A program made the translations under genes and the position numbers. A DNA stretch of 64,000 nt from Clostridia bacterium (lineage in GTDB: Bacteria; Bacillota; Clostridia; Oscillospirales; CAG-382): positions 8,928 through 72,927 of the forward strand of contig JAFTTN010000029.1 of the NCBI GenBank assembly GCA_017466805.1. Reading direction: 5' to 3'. The notes under the pieces were generated by a model, which ran no database searches, was not told the origin of the DNA, and saw only the letters and a list, made by a program, of their open reading frames with translations. Below, piece by piece: positions 16,764 to 25,773 of this stretch. The number at the start of each line of letters is the position of its first letter. Within the stretch, counting starts at the first letter, position 1.

Positions 16764-17058
16764 AATCAACACAGCTTCTGCTTTCGCGTACACCCTTCAA
16801 AAATTCGCCTACAGCCTTGTGCAAGGGGTGAACGATATATTCGTTGAGCGCTTCAAAGCTTTCGAATTCCGAAATAAGTATAAGGTCGTAATTGCTTTGG
16901 TCCGCCTTTGCGGAATTAAGGTGCACCTCCGAGCTTAAAAGCATGGGCACCTTGCCCTGCAAATCGCAAAGCATCTGTGCCGCGATACAGGCGTTTTCCT
17001 GCCTCGTTCTGCCTTCGGCTTCGGGCAGGAATTTAAAAGAAACGATATGCTTTACCAT
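16753..17058 (-). CDS. Dabb (stress-responsive alpha/beta barrel) family protein
   Basis: MVKHIVSFKF...ISEFESFEALNEYIVHPLH is typical of the Dabb domain. Confidence 0.8.
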   Translation of the reverse strand: MVKHIVSFKFLPEAEGRTRQENACIAAQMLCDLQGKVPMLLSSEVHLNSAKADQSNYDLILISEFESFEALNEYIVHPLHKAVGEFLKGVRESRSCVDYEY

Positions 17059-17624
17059 TATTCAAACTTCTCCTTTAACGCCTTGTCGATATCTGCGTTG
17101 CCGCCCTTTACCACTGCATACCATATATATCCGTCCTTTTCGGTGAATATCGCCGTTTTCAAGGGCTCGGTGTCCATCGAGGGATAAGCCTTTGCGTTCT
17201 GAATTTTCAAATCTATTCTTGCTTTAAGGAACAGCATAAATTCTTCGGTGTTTGCGCCGTCCTTCATTTTAAAAATGCCGAATTCGCTTGGCTTGATCGG
17301 CTTGGATTCATCGATATATACGGCATAGCCCTCTACCTCGTCGAAGTTGGGCATCGCCGCCGCATCGCCGTAATATGAGCGTATAAGGTCTTCATCTAAA
17401 TATTCGCCCGCGGTGGTGGATTTCGAGCTGTAGCTCTTTCCGCCGGAAAGCGAATATTTTGCAATTATCGCGCTTGCTTCGGCATCCAAATCGAGCGATA
17501 CCGGCTGTTTTTCGTCGGATACGCTTTGGCTCGTGCCGCTTTCGCTTGCTTGTTCATCGCCGCCGCAGGCGCAAAGCGAAAGAGCGAGTATTAACGATAA
17601 GACTGCAATAAGAAATTTTTCCAT
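17058..17624 (-). CDS. Lipoprotein (DUF4358-like)
   Basis: Lipobox LALSLCACGG and an acidic linker. The family name is recalled by eye. Confidence 0.6.
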   Translation of the reverse strand: MEKFLIAVLSLILALSLCACGGDEQASESGTSQSVSDEKQPVSLDLDAEASAIIAKYSLSGGKSYSSKSTTAGEYLDEDLIRSYYGDAAAMPNFDEVEGYAVYIDESKPIKPSEFGIFKMKDGANTEEFMLFLKARIDLKIQNAKAYPSMDTEPLKTAIFTEKDGYIWYAVVKGGNADIDKALKEKFE

Positions 17625-17831
17625 AGTGGATATCCTTTCATATTAATATATCATTACGCAAATATAATACCCGATTTTTAACCGTATGTCAATGACTCTT
17701 TGCAATAAAGAAATTAATTTACGACTTTTAAAAAATCTATAATATTTACCGATTATAATGCAAAAAACACTTTTCTTTTTATTTGTTGTATGATATAATC
17801 TTAACTAATTGGAATAATAAGAGGCAAACAT

Positions 17832-19217
17832 ATGGTATTTTCATCGCTGATATTTATATTCGCGTATCTTGCGGTAACACTCGCCGTGTATTACGTCGCC
17901 CCGCTTAAATGGCGCAATCTCGTGCTGTTTGTCGTTTCGCTGGCGTTTTACGGCTGGGGCGAGCCGAAATATATATCGTTAATGGTGGTTTCGATATTGA
18001 TCGCCTATATTTTCGGCTTCTTTATCGAAAAATACCGCGAAAAGAACAAAAGGCTTGCAAAGCTGTTCCTTGCGCTGTCGCTTGTCGGCAACCTTTCGTT
18101 CTTGCTTTTCTTTAAATACTATAATTTCTTTGCCGAAAACATCGGCTTTGCGCAAATCGAAGGGCTTACCTTGCCGGTGGGTATTTCCTTTTATACCTTC
18201 CAAATAATGTCCTATTCCATCGACCTTTATCGCGGCGAGGTTCCGTTGGCGAAAAGGTTCGTGCCCTTCGGTACATACGTTACTTTGTTCCCCCAGCTTA
18301 TTGCAGGACCTATCGTTCGCTATAAGGACGTTTGCGACCAGCTCGAATCCCGCAAGGAAACGGTTTCGAAGTTTGCTTTCGGCGTAAGCCGTTTTGTAAC
18401 CGGTCTTGCGAAAAAGCTTATTTTGGGCGATTCTGCCGCCGCAATAGCCGAAGCGTTCGAGCGCTCTGCCGAATTCGAGCCGACCGTTATCGGAACCTGG
18501 CTTATAATGATATGCTATACCTTCCATATCTATTTCGATTTTTCGGGCTATTCGGATATGGCAATAGGCTTGGGCAGAATGTTCGGCTTTGAATTCGTCG
18601 AAAATTTCAATTACCCCTATATTGCAAAAAGCATAACGGATTTCTGGCGCAGATGGCATATTACGCTTTCCACCTGGTTCAAGGAATACGTCTATATCCC
18701 GCTCGGCGGTAACCGTGTCGGCAAAATCCGCGGGTTTATAAATCTTGCAACAGTTTGGTTTTTAACAGGCTTTTGGCACGGCGCCGATTGGAACTATATC
18801 CTATGGGGCGTATATTTCTGGGTATTTCTTGTTATCGAAAAGGCGTTCCTCGGCAAGCTGTTAAAAAAGCTTCCGCCGCTTGCGCATATATATTCGCTTT
18901 TTATCGTCGGCTTCGGTTGGATGATATTCTTCCACAGCGACCTTGCGGCTATCGCACAGTCGGCAAAGCAGCTTTTCGGTATCGGCACCGCACTTTTGTC
19001 CGAAGGCACGCTCTATACGGTATTAAGGCTTTTGCCGTTTATCGTAATAAGCGCGCTTGCCTGCACGCCGCTGCCGAAAACCGCGTTCGAAAGGCTGCTT
19101 GCGCGCTTCCCGAAATTAAACGCCTTTAAGCCATTGCTGCTATGTTTGCTGTTTTTGGTGTGCGTGGCGTATATGGTGGATAATACCTTCTCGCCGTTTT
19201 TGTACTATATCTTTTAA
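17832..19217 (+). CDS. MBOAT-family membrane O-acyltransferase (AlgI/DltB-like)
   Basis: 461 aa, polytopic. Conserved WRRWHITLSTWFKEYVYIPLGG with the catalytic His. Confidence 0.85.
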   Translation: MVFSSLIFIFAYLAVTLAVYYVAPLKWRNLVLFVVSLAFYGWGEPKYISLMVVSILIAYIFGFFIEKYREKNKRLAKLFLALSLVGNLSFLLFFKYYNFFAENIGFAQIEGLTLPVGISFYTFQIMSYSIDLYRGEVPLAKRFVPFGTYVTLFPQLIAGPIVRYKDVCDQLESRKETVSKFAFGVSRFVTGLAKKLILGDSAAAIAEAFERSAEFEPTVIGTWLIMICYTFHIYFDFSGYSDMAIGLGRMFGFEFVENFNYPYIAKSITDFWRRWHITLSTWFKEYVYIPLGGNRVGKIRGFINLATVWFLTGFWHGADWNYILWGVYFWVFLVIEKAFLGKLLKKLPPLAHIYSLFIVGFGWMIFFHSDLAAIAQSAKQLFGIGTALLSEGTLYTVLRLLPFIVISALACTPLPKTAFERLLARFPKLNAFKPLLLCLLFLVCVAYMVDNTFSPFLYYIF

Positions 19218-19233
19218 AAGGAGGTAACGGAAA

Positions 19234-20385
19234 TTGTATAAACGCTCCGAGCTTGTAACAGTCGTGCTTTTTTGCCTTACGGTAGCAATACTTGCTGTTT
19301 CCTTCTGGATAATACCCGATAAAAGCTTTTCCGAGCAGGAAAACCGCTCGCTCGAGCAGATGCCCAAGCTCGATAGCGAATCGTTTTTCTCGGGCGGGTT
19401 TTCGAAAGCTATAAACGTTTATTACGCCGATCAGTTTCCCCTGCGCGATATTTTCGTAACGCTTAAAAGCGGAAGCGAGCTTGCCTTTTTAAAGGGCGAA
19501 AACAACGGCGTGCTGTATAGCCGAAATCAGCTTGCGGTAAAGGATTTCAACGCGTATCAATCGCGCATACACATCACCGAAAATACCGACCGCATTTATC
19601 TCGATTCGCTGCAGGCACAGCTTAAATCGGTGGATAAGCTTGGCGAAACGCTCGAAGTTCCGCTCGTTACCGTGCTTCCGCCGAGAACCGTGGATATTGC
19701 CGATTCGGTCTTTTCCTATAACCGCCCCGACGGCGATAAGCCGTTCGAGCTGATGAATACGCTCGGCGGTGAATCGGGCTATATCGATACGCTTTCGCTG
19801 CTTCGCCCCAAATACGAATCGGGCGAATACGTCTATTATCGTACCGACCACCATTGGACGACGGGCGGCGCTTACTATACCTATTGTGAAATAATGAAAA
19901 GGTTGGGAAGGGAAGACAAAATTATCCCGCGCGAGCGCTTTGAAATCGAATCGGTTGCGGGCTTTTCGGGCACTACCGCCGCAAGAGCGAATTTTCCGAT
20001 ATACCAAAAGGATGTTTTGGAAATATGGCATCTGCCCGACGATGACGAATACGAAATTATAGCGGACGGCGGTGAGCTAAACGGCTTCTATAACCGCGAA
20101 TATCTCGAAAAGAGCGATAAATATTCGGTGTTCCTCGACGGCACCCACGATATAACCACGATTAAAAAGCCGGGTGAGCAGCGCGATACTTTGCTCGTTG
20201 CCAAGGATTCGTTTGCAAACTGCCTTATTCCGTTCCTCGCGCGCGAGTTCGATATTGTGGCGGTCAATCTTGCAACCAACACCTTTATTTCGGCATACGC
20301 CGAAAGCTACGGCGCCGATGCCGTGCTTATAGTTTTCAATACCGAAAACATAATCTCCACAGGCCATTTGGGTAATTTGAAATAA
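19234..20385 (+). CDS. DHHW-motif protein (AlgJ/AlgX-like O-acyltransferase partner)
   Basis: N-terminal TM helix and YYRTDHHWT motif. Immediately downstream of the MBOAT gene. Confidence 0.75.
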   Translation: MYKRSELVTVVLFCLTVAILAVSFWIIPDKSFSEQENRSLEQMPKLDSESFFSGGFSKAINVYYADQFPLRDIFVTLKSGSELAFLKGENNGVLYSRNQLAVKDFNAYQSRIHITENTDRIYLDSLQAQLKSVDKLGETLEVPLVTVLPPRTVDIADSVFSYNRPDGDKPFELMNTLGGESGYIDTLSLLRPKYESGEYVYYRTDHHWTTGGAYYTYCEIMKRLGREDKIIPRERFEIESVAGFSGTTAARANFPIYQKDVLEIWHLPDDDEYEIIADGGELNGFYNREYLEKSDKYSVFLDGTHDITTIKKPGEQRDTLLVAKDSFANCLIPFLAREFDIVAVNLATNTFISAYAESYGADAVLIVFNTENIISTGHLGNLK

Positions 20386-20400
20386 AATTCGGAGGATATT

Positions 20401-21807
20401 ATGAAAAAAGTACTTATTATTCTTACCGCGCTTCTTATGCTTTCCTCGGTCTTTTTCGCAGCCTGCGAAAACGATGGAGATAAGGATATTACCGTTGCCG
20501 AAAGCTCTGTGAATACCTACGTGAGCGATACAGAGGGCAACGACGCTTCCGACGGCAAGCAGGAAAGCAAGGACGAAAGCAAAGCCGAGGGCAATGACGA
20601 AAGCAAAGCCGAAGGCGGAAACGACGAAAGCTCCAAGGCACCCGAAAAGGAAACCGCCAAGCTTCCCACCGAATATAAAGACGGCGGAATGAATATCGAA
20701 GCGGCAAGCTTTTCCGAAAAGCCCTATTTCGTAATCGTCGGCAAATGTGCCGAGGGCGCAACCGTTACGGGTGAAGCAAACGGCGAAACCGTTAGCTCGA
20801 AGTCCTATAAGGGCTGGTATTCGGTACGTCTTAAATGCAGCGGAAAAACCGCCGACGTAAAGCTTACCCAAACCGTCGACGGCAAGCAGGTCGGCGAAGC
20901 GCTTGAATACCGTATTAAGCCCGTCACCCCGAGCGCAGATATGTGGCCGGTGGTTGCAGGCGGCGATTTCCAATTCTTCTTCCAAAAAATGCTTCCCGAT
21001 TTCAAGGGCGAAAACCTTCCCAAAAAGCTGCACCTCGATAACCTCGAAATTCGTATAAAGAACCGACTCAAAGCAATGCGTGAGGTCAACCCCGATTCAG
21101 AAATAGTTTATCTTCTCGTCCCCTCGGCGATGAGCGTTTATCCCGAGCTCGTGCCCTCGCAGTACAAGCAGGCAAGCGGCGACACCAAATACGACCTTAT
21201 CGTTAAACAGCTCGAAGCCGGCGGCGCAACCGTTATCGATTTAAAGGGCGCGTTTGCAAAGCATAAAAACGATGAGCTTCCGCTTTACTATAAGCTCGAC
21301 AGCCATTGGTCCGATTACGGCGCGTTTGTGGCGTATACCGAGCTCTTTAACCATATTTCGAAGAGCTTCCCCGAAGCAGCACCCCGCGGATTCGACGAAT
21401 TTAATTGGAACGAAAAATACCGCGCAAGCGGCGATATGACCTATTATCTCCAGATGTCGCAGACCAAAATACAGGAATATACCTACTACCGCACGTTTAA
21501 GGACAGCGTGCCTTCCTCTATTACGGGCGTTCCTCGCTATGTGTCGGAAAACAAGCTTACCTATCACGATGCAATGACCTATGAAAATAACGTCGGCACC
21601 GGCAATTCGAAGCTTCCCAAATGCTTGGTAATGCGCGATTCCTATTCTACGCAGATGTACGATATACTTGCAGAGCGTACCAGCAGCACACACTATCTCG
21701 GTATGTGGAATTATACCTGGGATAAAGCCTATATTCAGCGCGAAGCACCCGATTACGTTATTTATATCGTTGCCGAATGGAACCTCGACGCCGTTCTTAA
21801 CGGTTAA
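20401..21807 (+). CDS. Lipoprotein with AlgX/AlgJ-like SGNH domain
   Basis: Lipobox FFAACEND, acidic repeat linker, YYKLDSHWSDYGAF motif. Confidence 0.7.
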   Translation: MKKVLIILTALLMLSSVFFAACENDGDKDITVAESSVNTYVSDTEGNDASDGKQESKDESKAEGNDESKAEGGNDESSKAPEKETAKLPTEYKDGGMNIEAASFSEKPYFVIVGKCAEGATVTGEANGETVSSKSYKGWYSVRLKCSGKTADVKLTQTVDGKQVGEALEYRIKPVTPSADMWPVVAGGDFQFFFQKMLPDFKGENLPKKLHLDNLEIRIKNRLKAMREVNPDSEIVYLLVPSAMSVYPELVPSQYKQASGDTKYDLIVKQLEAGGATVIDLKGAFAKHKNDELPLYYKLDSHWSDYGAFVAYTELFNHISKSFPEAAPRGFDEFNWNEKYRASGDMTYYLQMSQTKIQEYTYYRTFKDSVPSSITGVPRYVSENKLTYHDAMTYENNVGTGNSKLPKCLVMRDSYSTQMYDILAERTSSTHYLGMWNYTWDKAYIQREAPDYVIYIVAEWNLDAVLNG

Positions 21808-21817
21808 TTGAATAAAA

Positions 21818-21858
21818 CACCCCGAAACCGCATACAATGCTTTCGGGGTGATTTTTTT
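21818..21858 (+). terminator. Intrinsic terminator after the MBOAT operon
   Basis: Stem CACCCCGAAA/TTTCGGGGTG, 13-nt loop, T-run. Overlaps the annotated tspO start. Confidence 0.7.
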
Positions 21859-22327
21859 GAAAATTCAATGGAAAAAGCTGTTGCCCGCAATAGCACTGCC
21901 GCTTGCGGTGGGCGGGCTTTCGGCGTTAATTACAAGCGATGCTATGGAAAGCTTCGGCAATCTGCGCCAGCCGCCGCTTTCTCCGCCGGCGTGGCTGTTC
22001 CCGGTTGTCTGGAGCCTGCTCTATATATTAATGGGTATCGCCTCCTACCGAATATGGATAGCCGTAACCACGCACGAAAAGCGCAGGGAAGCGTTGATTT
22101 TTTACGCGGCACAGCTTGTGTTCAATTTCTTTTGGTCGATAATCTTTTTCAATCTCGGCGAATACCTTTTTGCGTTCGTGTGGCTTGTTGCGCTGTGGCT
22201 GCTTATTTGGCTTACCAAGCAACGCTTTGCAAAAATCGATTCGGTTGCGGCATATCTGCTCGTTCCCTATCTTTTGTGGGTTGCCTTTGCGGGCTATTTG
22301 AACTTGGGAATATTTATACTGAATTAA
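21848..22327 (+). CDS. tspO: TspO/MBR (tryptophan-rich sensory protein) family membrane protein
   Basis: QPPLSPPAWLFPVVWSLLYILMGIASYRIW is characteristic. The GTG start sits inside the terminator stem, and the in-frame TTG at 21857 is an alternative. Confidence 0.8.
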   Translation: MIFLKIQWKKLLPAIALPLAVGGLSALITSDAMESFGNLRQPPLSPPAWLFPVVWSLLYILMGIASYRIWIAVTTHEKRREALIFYAAQLVFNFFWSIIFFNLGEYLFAFVWLVALWLLIWLTKQRFAKIDSVAAYLLVPYLLWVAFAGYLNLGIFILN

Positions 22328-22340
22328 TAAAAAAAGAACC

Positions 22341-22376
22341 GCTTTGGGCGATTTATCACTATGGTGCATCGCCCTT
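22341..22376. repeat. Short palindromic element nested in a terminator (copy 2 of 3)
   Basis: GCTTTGGGCGATTTATCACTATGGTGCATCGCCCTT. Inner stem GGGCGAT/ATCGCCC. Outer arms AGAACCGC/GCGGCTCT with flanking A- and T-runs. Confidence 0.7.
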
Positions 22377-22393
22377 CGCGGCTCTTTTTGCGT

Positions 22394-23044
22394 CTATATT
22401 CCTTTTTTGTGAAGCGCAAACGAATATATTATCGGTGCGAATACCGAAAACAGAATTATAGGTAAAACGGCAAAGACTGCAATTTTCGTCGGAAGAAATC
22501 CGCAAGCGATAAGCAATATGCCGCATATAAACCAAATTATGCCGGCAAAACGGTGGGTTCTGCTCCAGTTTTCCTCGCTTTCAAGCGTCCATTTAAGCCT
22601 TACGCCTATCGTGCTGTTTTGCTTGCATTTCGGCATATAGTTGCCGAGTATCAGAACGACCGCGCCTATCGTTGAGAAAACGATATTGGTTACCATTATT
22701 TCGATACCGAGCGACGTGCAATAGGTCGCCGCGGCGATTGTGCAGGAAAGAATAGGAACTATCCAAATAACAATAGACTCTATTTTCGGATTTTGACTTT
22801 TGTTCCTTTTATCCATAGACGTGACGATAAGGCATATCCATAAAAGTGCCAGAAATATCAAAGGCATTCCGAACACAGTGAACCCCTTGCTCGAATAATC
22901 GTCTGCCTCGCCGTTAAAGCCCCAATGCGTCGGCATAAGCTCGGGAAGTCGCTCCCAAATAACCGCCCCTATAATCATCGGCGCGAGCGTTAGCAGGGAA
23001 GCGATAACAATGCTGATTTTGTTTCTTTTAATCATTTTTGTCAC
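22394..23044 (-). CDS. SdpI-family membrane immunity/signal-transduction protein
   Basis: 216 aa, polytopic, DUF1648-plus-SdpI-like architecture. Overlaps the upstream ArsR/SdpR gene. Confidence 0.65.
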   Translation of the reverse strand: MTKMIKRNKISIVIASLLTLAPMIIGAVIWERLPELMPTHWGFNGEADDYSSKGFTVFGMPLIFLALLWICLIVTSMDKRNKSQNPKIESIVIWIVPILSCTIAAATYCTSLGIEIMVTNIVFSTIGAVVLILGNYMPKCKQNSTIGVRLKWTLESEENWSRTHRFAGIIWFICGILLIACGFLPTKIAVFAVLPIILFSVFAPIIYSFALHKKGI

Positions 23045-23300
23045 CTCGAATATCGGTAATCCAAAGCATAATTTCCTCTAAAACGGTTGCGTTCAGCTCG
23101 TATATAATATATTTCCCGTCGCGCTTGTCGCGTATAAGGTCGGCTTCCTTTAAAACCGAAAGATGACGCGATATTGCGGCAAAGGAAATATCGAACCCTT
23201 CGGCAATGTCGCCCGCCTGCATACTGCCGCCCTTTAGCATATTAAGTATTTCGCGCCGTGTCGGGTCGGCAAGTGCCTTTAAGGTTGTTTGCAGCGACAT
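23028..23300 (-). CDS. ArsR/SdpR-family transcriptional repressor
   Basis: LKALADPTRREILNMLKGGSMQAGDIAEGFDISFAAISRHLSVLKEADLI winged HTH. GGAG RBS 8 nt before the ATG at 23300. Confidence 0.8.
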   Translation of the reverse strand: MSLQTTLKALADPTRREILNMLKGGSMQAGDIAEGFDISFAAISRHLSVLKEADLIRDKRDGKYIIYELNATVLEEIMLWITDIRGDKND

Positions 23301-23367
23301 TCGGAGGGCTCCTTTCATTTAACATTTGTGTTAAATGTATTGTAGCATATATAATCGTAATTGTCAA

Positions 23368-23400
23368 TAAAAAAACCTCCTCGGTGCAAAACCGAGGAGG
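23368..23400 (-). terminator. Intrinsic terminator after the 95-aa membrane protein gene
   Basis: Minus strand: stem CCTCCTCGG/CCGAGGAGG followed by a T-run. Confidence 0.7.
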
Positions 23401-23412
23401 CTTTTCGTTTTT

Positions 23413-23700
23413 TTATTTCTTTATAATCTTGTAGATGCCTGCGGTAACAACTGCATAGAAGCAATATCTTGCAAGAGCCGCAATGCCGTTTGCAATGCCC
23501 GAAATGAACGAGCCGAGGCTGCCGTAATAGCCGATGGAATTAACGATGCCTAAAATGAAGTTATAGAGAAGGCTGGTTGCGCCGATGCCGACGAAAACGA
23601 GGATAAGTATAGGAAGGATTTTTATAACGATGTTCACGATAGAGTCGAGTGCGTTGCCTTCCTTTTTGGGTGCGGGCTGGTTCTGAGGATTCTGGTTCAT
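23413..23700 (-). CDS. Small membrane protein (95 aa), hypothetical
   Basis: Polar N-terminus followed by two or three hydrophobic helices. Confidence 0.55.
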   Translation of the reverse strand: MNQNPQNQPAPKKEGNALDSIVNIVIKILPILILVFVGIGATSLLYNFILGIVNSIGYYGSLGSFISGIANGIAALARYCFYAVVTAGIYKIIKK

Positions 23701-23991
23701 AGCTGTTCTCCTTTTTGCTTATTTGTTTATTTAATAATATACTTCTTTTAACCGCTTGTCAAGTATATTTGAACGAAAAATGACCGAGAAATGTATTTTT
23801 GTTCACAAAATGTTAATAAATTTTGTGCGAAATGCCAAACGAAACAAAAAAAGTGGCATTTTACACAAATTTCCGCTTTTTTCTTTGTTGTATTTTTGGA
23901 AAAACTCTTGCATTTATGTGAAATTTGATATAAAATTATCGTGTATAAAATTGTTTTTAAACATAGCCACAATAATAAAAGGAGATGCAAA

Positions 23992-25077
23992 ATGAGCAAC
24001 AAGTTGTTCCAGGGTTTGATTTATCAGATGCGAGAGGCGGTAGACCGCGAAATCGGTATTATCGACGATAAGGGTGTCGTTATTGCCTGCAGCCAGCTTT
24101 CGAAGATCGGCAGCGTTCACAAGGACATTCTCGATGAACTCTCCTACAGCTACGAAACTCTCGTTATCGGCGACTACACCTACCGTCCCATCGGTTCTCA
24201 CGCAAGAATAGAATATATCGTCTTCGTCGAAGGGGGCGATGAATCCGCAAAGAGCATTTCTGCGCTTCTTTCGGTTTCCTTCTCCAATATCAAAACTCTT
24301 TACGATGAAAAGTACGATAAAACCAACTTTATCAAAAACATCATTCTCGATAACATTCTCCCCGGTGATATTTACATAAAATCGAAGGAGCTTCGCTTCG
24401 ACAGCGAGGTTAACCGTGTGGTTATCCTTATCCGCTTTATGAACACCGGCGAAATTATTCCCTACGACGTTATACAAAATATGTTCCCCGATAAAGCGCA
24501 CGATTACGTTATCAACGTCGGCGAATCGGATATAGTGCTTGTAAAAGAGCTTAAATCGGCTACCGACCCGAGAGCGCTCGAGCTTATTGCAAAGAGCATC
24601 GTGGATACCGTTCAGACCGAATTTTATTTGAAGGTGCATATCGGTATCGGCTCTATCGTTACCAACGTAAAAGAGCTTGCCCGCTCTTATAAGGACGCAC
24701 AGGTTGCGCTCGAGGTAGGCAAGGTGTTCGATACCGAAAAGAACGTTATTAACTATGAAAGCCTCGGCATCGGCAGACTTATCTATCAGCTTCCCACCAC
24801 GCTTTGCGAAATGTTCCTTCAGGAAGTGTTCAAGCGCGGCTCGCTCGAAAGCTTGGACAGAGAAACGCTTCAGACCATTCACGCCTTCTTCGATAATAAC
24901 CTGAACGTTTCCGAAACCTCCAGAAAGCTGTTCGTACACCGTAATACGCTCGTGTACCGTCTTGAAAAAATCAAAAAGCTCACAGGACTTGACCTTCGTG
25001 AATTCGAGCACGCAATCACCTTTAAGGTTGCGCTTATGGTTAAAAAATATCTTATAAGCAAGCCCTCTATTTATTAA
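23992..25077 (+). CDS. PucR/CdaR-family transcriptional regulator
   Basis: C-terminal HTH ETSRKLFVHRNTLVYRLEKIKKLTGLDLREFEHA. AGGAG RBS before the ATG at 23992. Confidence 0.75.
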   Translation: MSNKLFQGLIYQMREAVDREIGIIDDKGVVIACSQLSKIGSVHKDILDELSYSYETLVIGDYTYRPIGSHARIEYIVFVEGGDESAKSISALLSVSFSNIKTLYDEKYDKTNFIKNIILDNILPGDIYIKSKELRFDSEVNRVVILIRFMNTGEIIPYDVIQNMFPDKAHDYVINVGESDIVLVKELKSATDPRALELIAKSIVDTVQTEFYLKVHIGIGSIVTNVKELARSYKDAQVALEVGKVFDTEKNVINYESLGIGRLIYQLPTTLCEMFLQEVFKRGSLESLDRETLQTIHAFFDNNLNVSETSRKLFVHRNTLVYRLEKIKKLTGLDLREFEHAITFKVALMVKKYLISKPSIY

Positions 25078-25092
25078 TTCGGTGTTTAAATA

Positions 25093-25773
25093 ATGATAAA
25101 ATTTGAAAACGTTTCAATGGAATACAGCAACGGTAACGCCGCCTTGAGCGACGTTTCGCTGCAAATCGACGACGGCGAATTCGTTTTCCTCGTCGGTCAT
25201 TCGGGCGCGGGTAAAACCACGCTCACAAAGCTGCTTATATGCGAAGAACGCATTTCCTCGGGTAAGCTCGAGGTAAACGGCTTCCATCTCGAAAAAATTC
25301 GTTCGGGCAAAATCCCCAAGCTTCGTCGCACAATGGGCGTGGTTTTCCAGGATTTCAAGCTGTTCGATAAAATGACTGTTTACGAAAACGTCGCCTTTGC
25401 AATGCGCGTTGTCGGCGCAAAGCCCTCGCTTATAAAAAAGCGCGTCCCCTTCTTTTTGGACGTTGTGGGCTTGGGCCATAAAAGCGATTCCTTCCCGGAT
25501 CAGCTTTCGGGCGGCGAAAAGCAGCGCGTTGCCTTTGCGCGCGCACTCGTAAACAACCCCGATACGATTATCGCGGACGAGCCAACGGGCAACGTCGATA
25601 CCGACCTTACCGAAGGAATTATGGAGCTTTTGGTAAAGATAAATAAGCTTGGCAAAACCGTTATCGTCGTCACTCACGATATGAATATTATTCAGCAGTA
25701 CAAAAAAAGAGTAATTCGGATCGAAAACGGCGCTGTCGTGTCCGATAAGATCGGAGGCGATTTCGAGGAATGA
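25093..25773 (+). CDS. ftsE: Cell-division ABC ATPase FtsE
   Basis: Walker A GHSGAGKTT, signature LSGGEKQR, Walker B IIADEPTG. Followed by ftsX. Confidence 0.9.
   Translation: MIKFENVSMEYSNGNAALSDVSLQIDDGEFVFLVGHSGAGKTTLTKLLICEERISSGKLEVNGFHLEKIRSGKIPKLRRTMGVVFQDFKLFDKMTVYENVAFAMRVVGAKPSLIKKRVPFFLDVVGLGHKSDSFPDQLSGGEKQRVAFARALVNNPDTIIADEPTGNVDTDLTEGIMELLVKINKLGKTVIVVTHDMNIIQQYKKRVIRIENGAVVSDKIGGDFEE

Noticed and set aside
21808-22461. 217-aa plus-strand ORF overlapping tspO in another frame.
   Set aside because: The TspO frame (21848-22327) has the characteristic Trp-rich TM motifs. The alternative frame is Ala/Arg/Cys-rich with no features and runs through the terminator and repeat.
23914-25011. 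365-aa ORF on the minus strand.
   Set aside because: It is antisense to the PucR/CdaR-family regulator gene, which has a good RBS and a C-terminal HTH. This is a shadow ORF.
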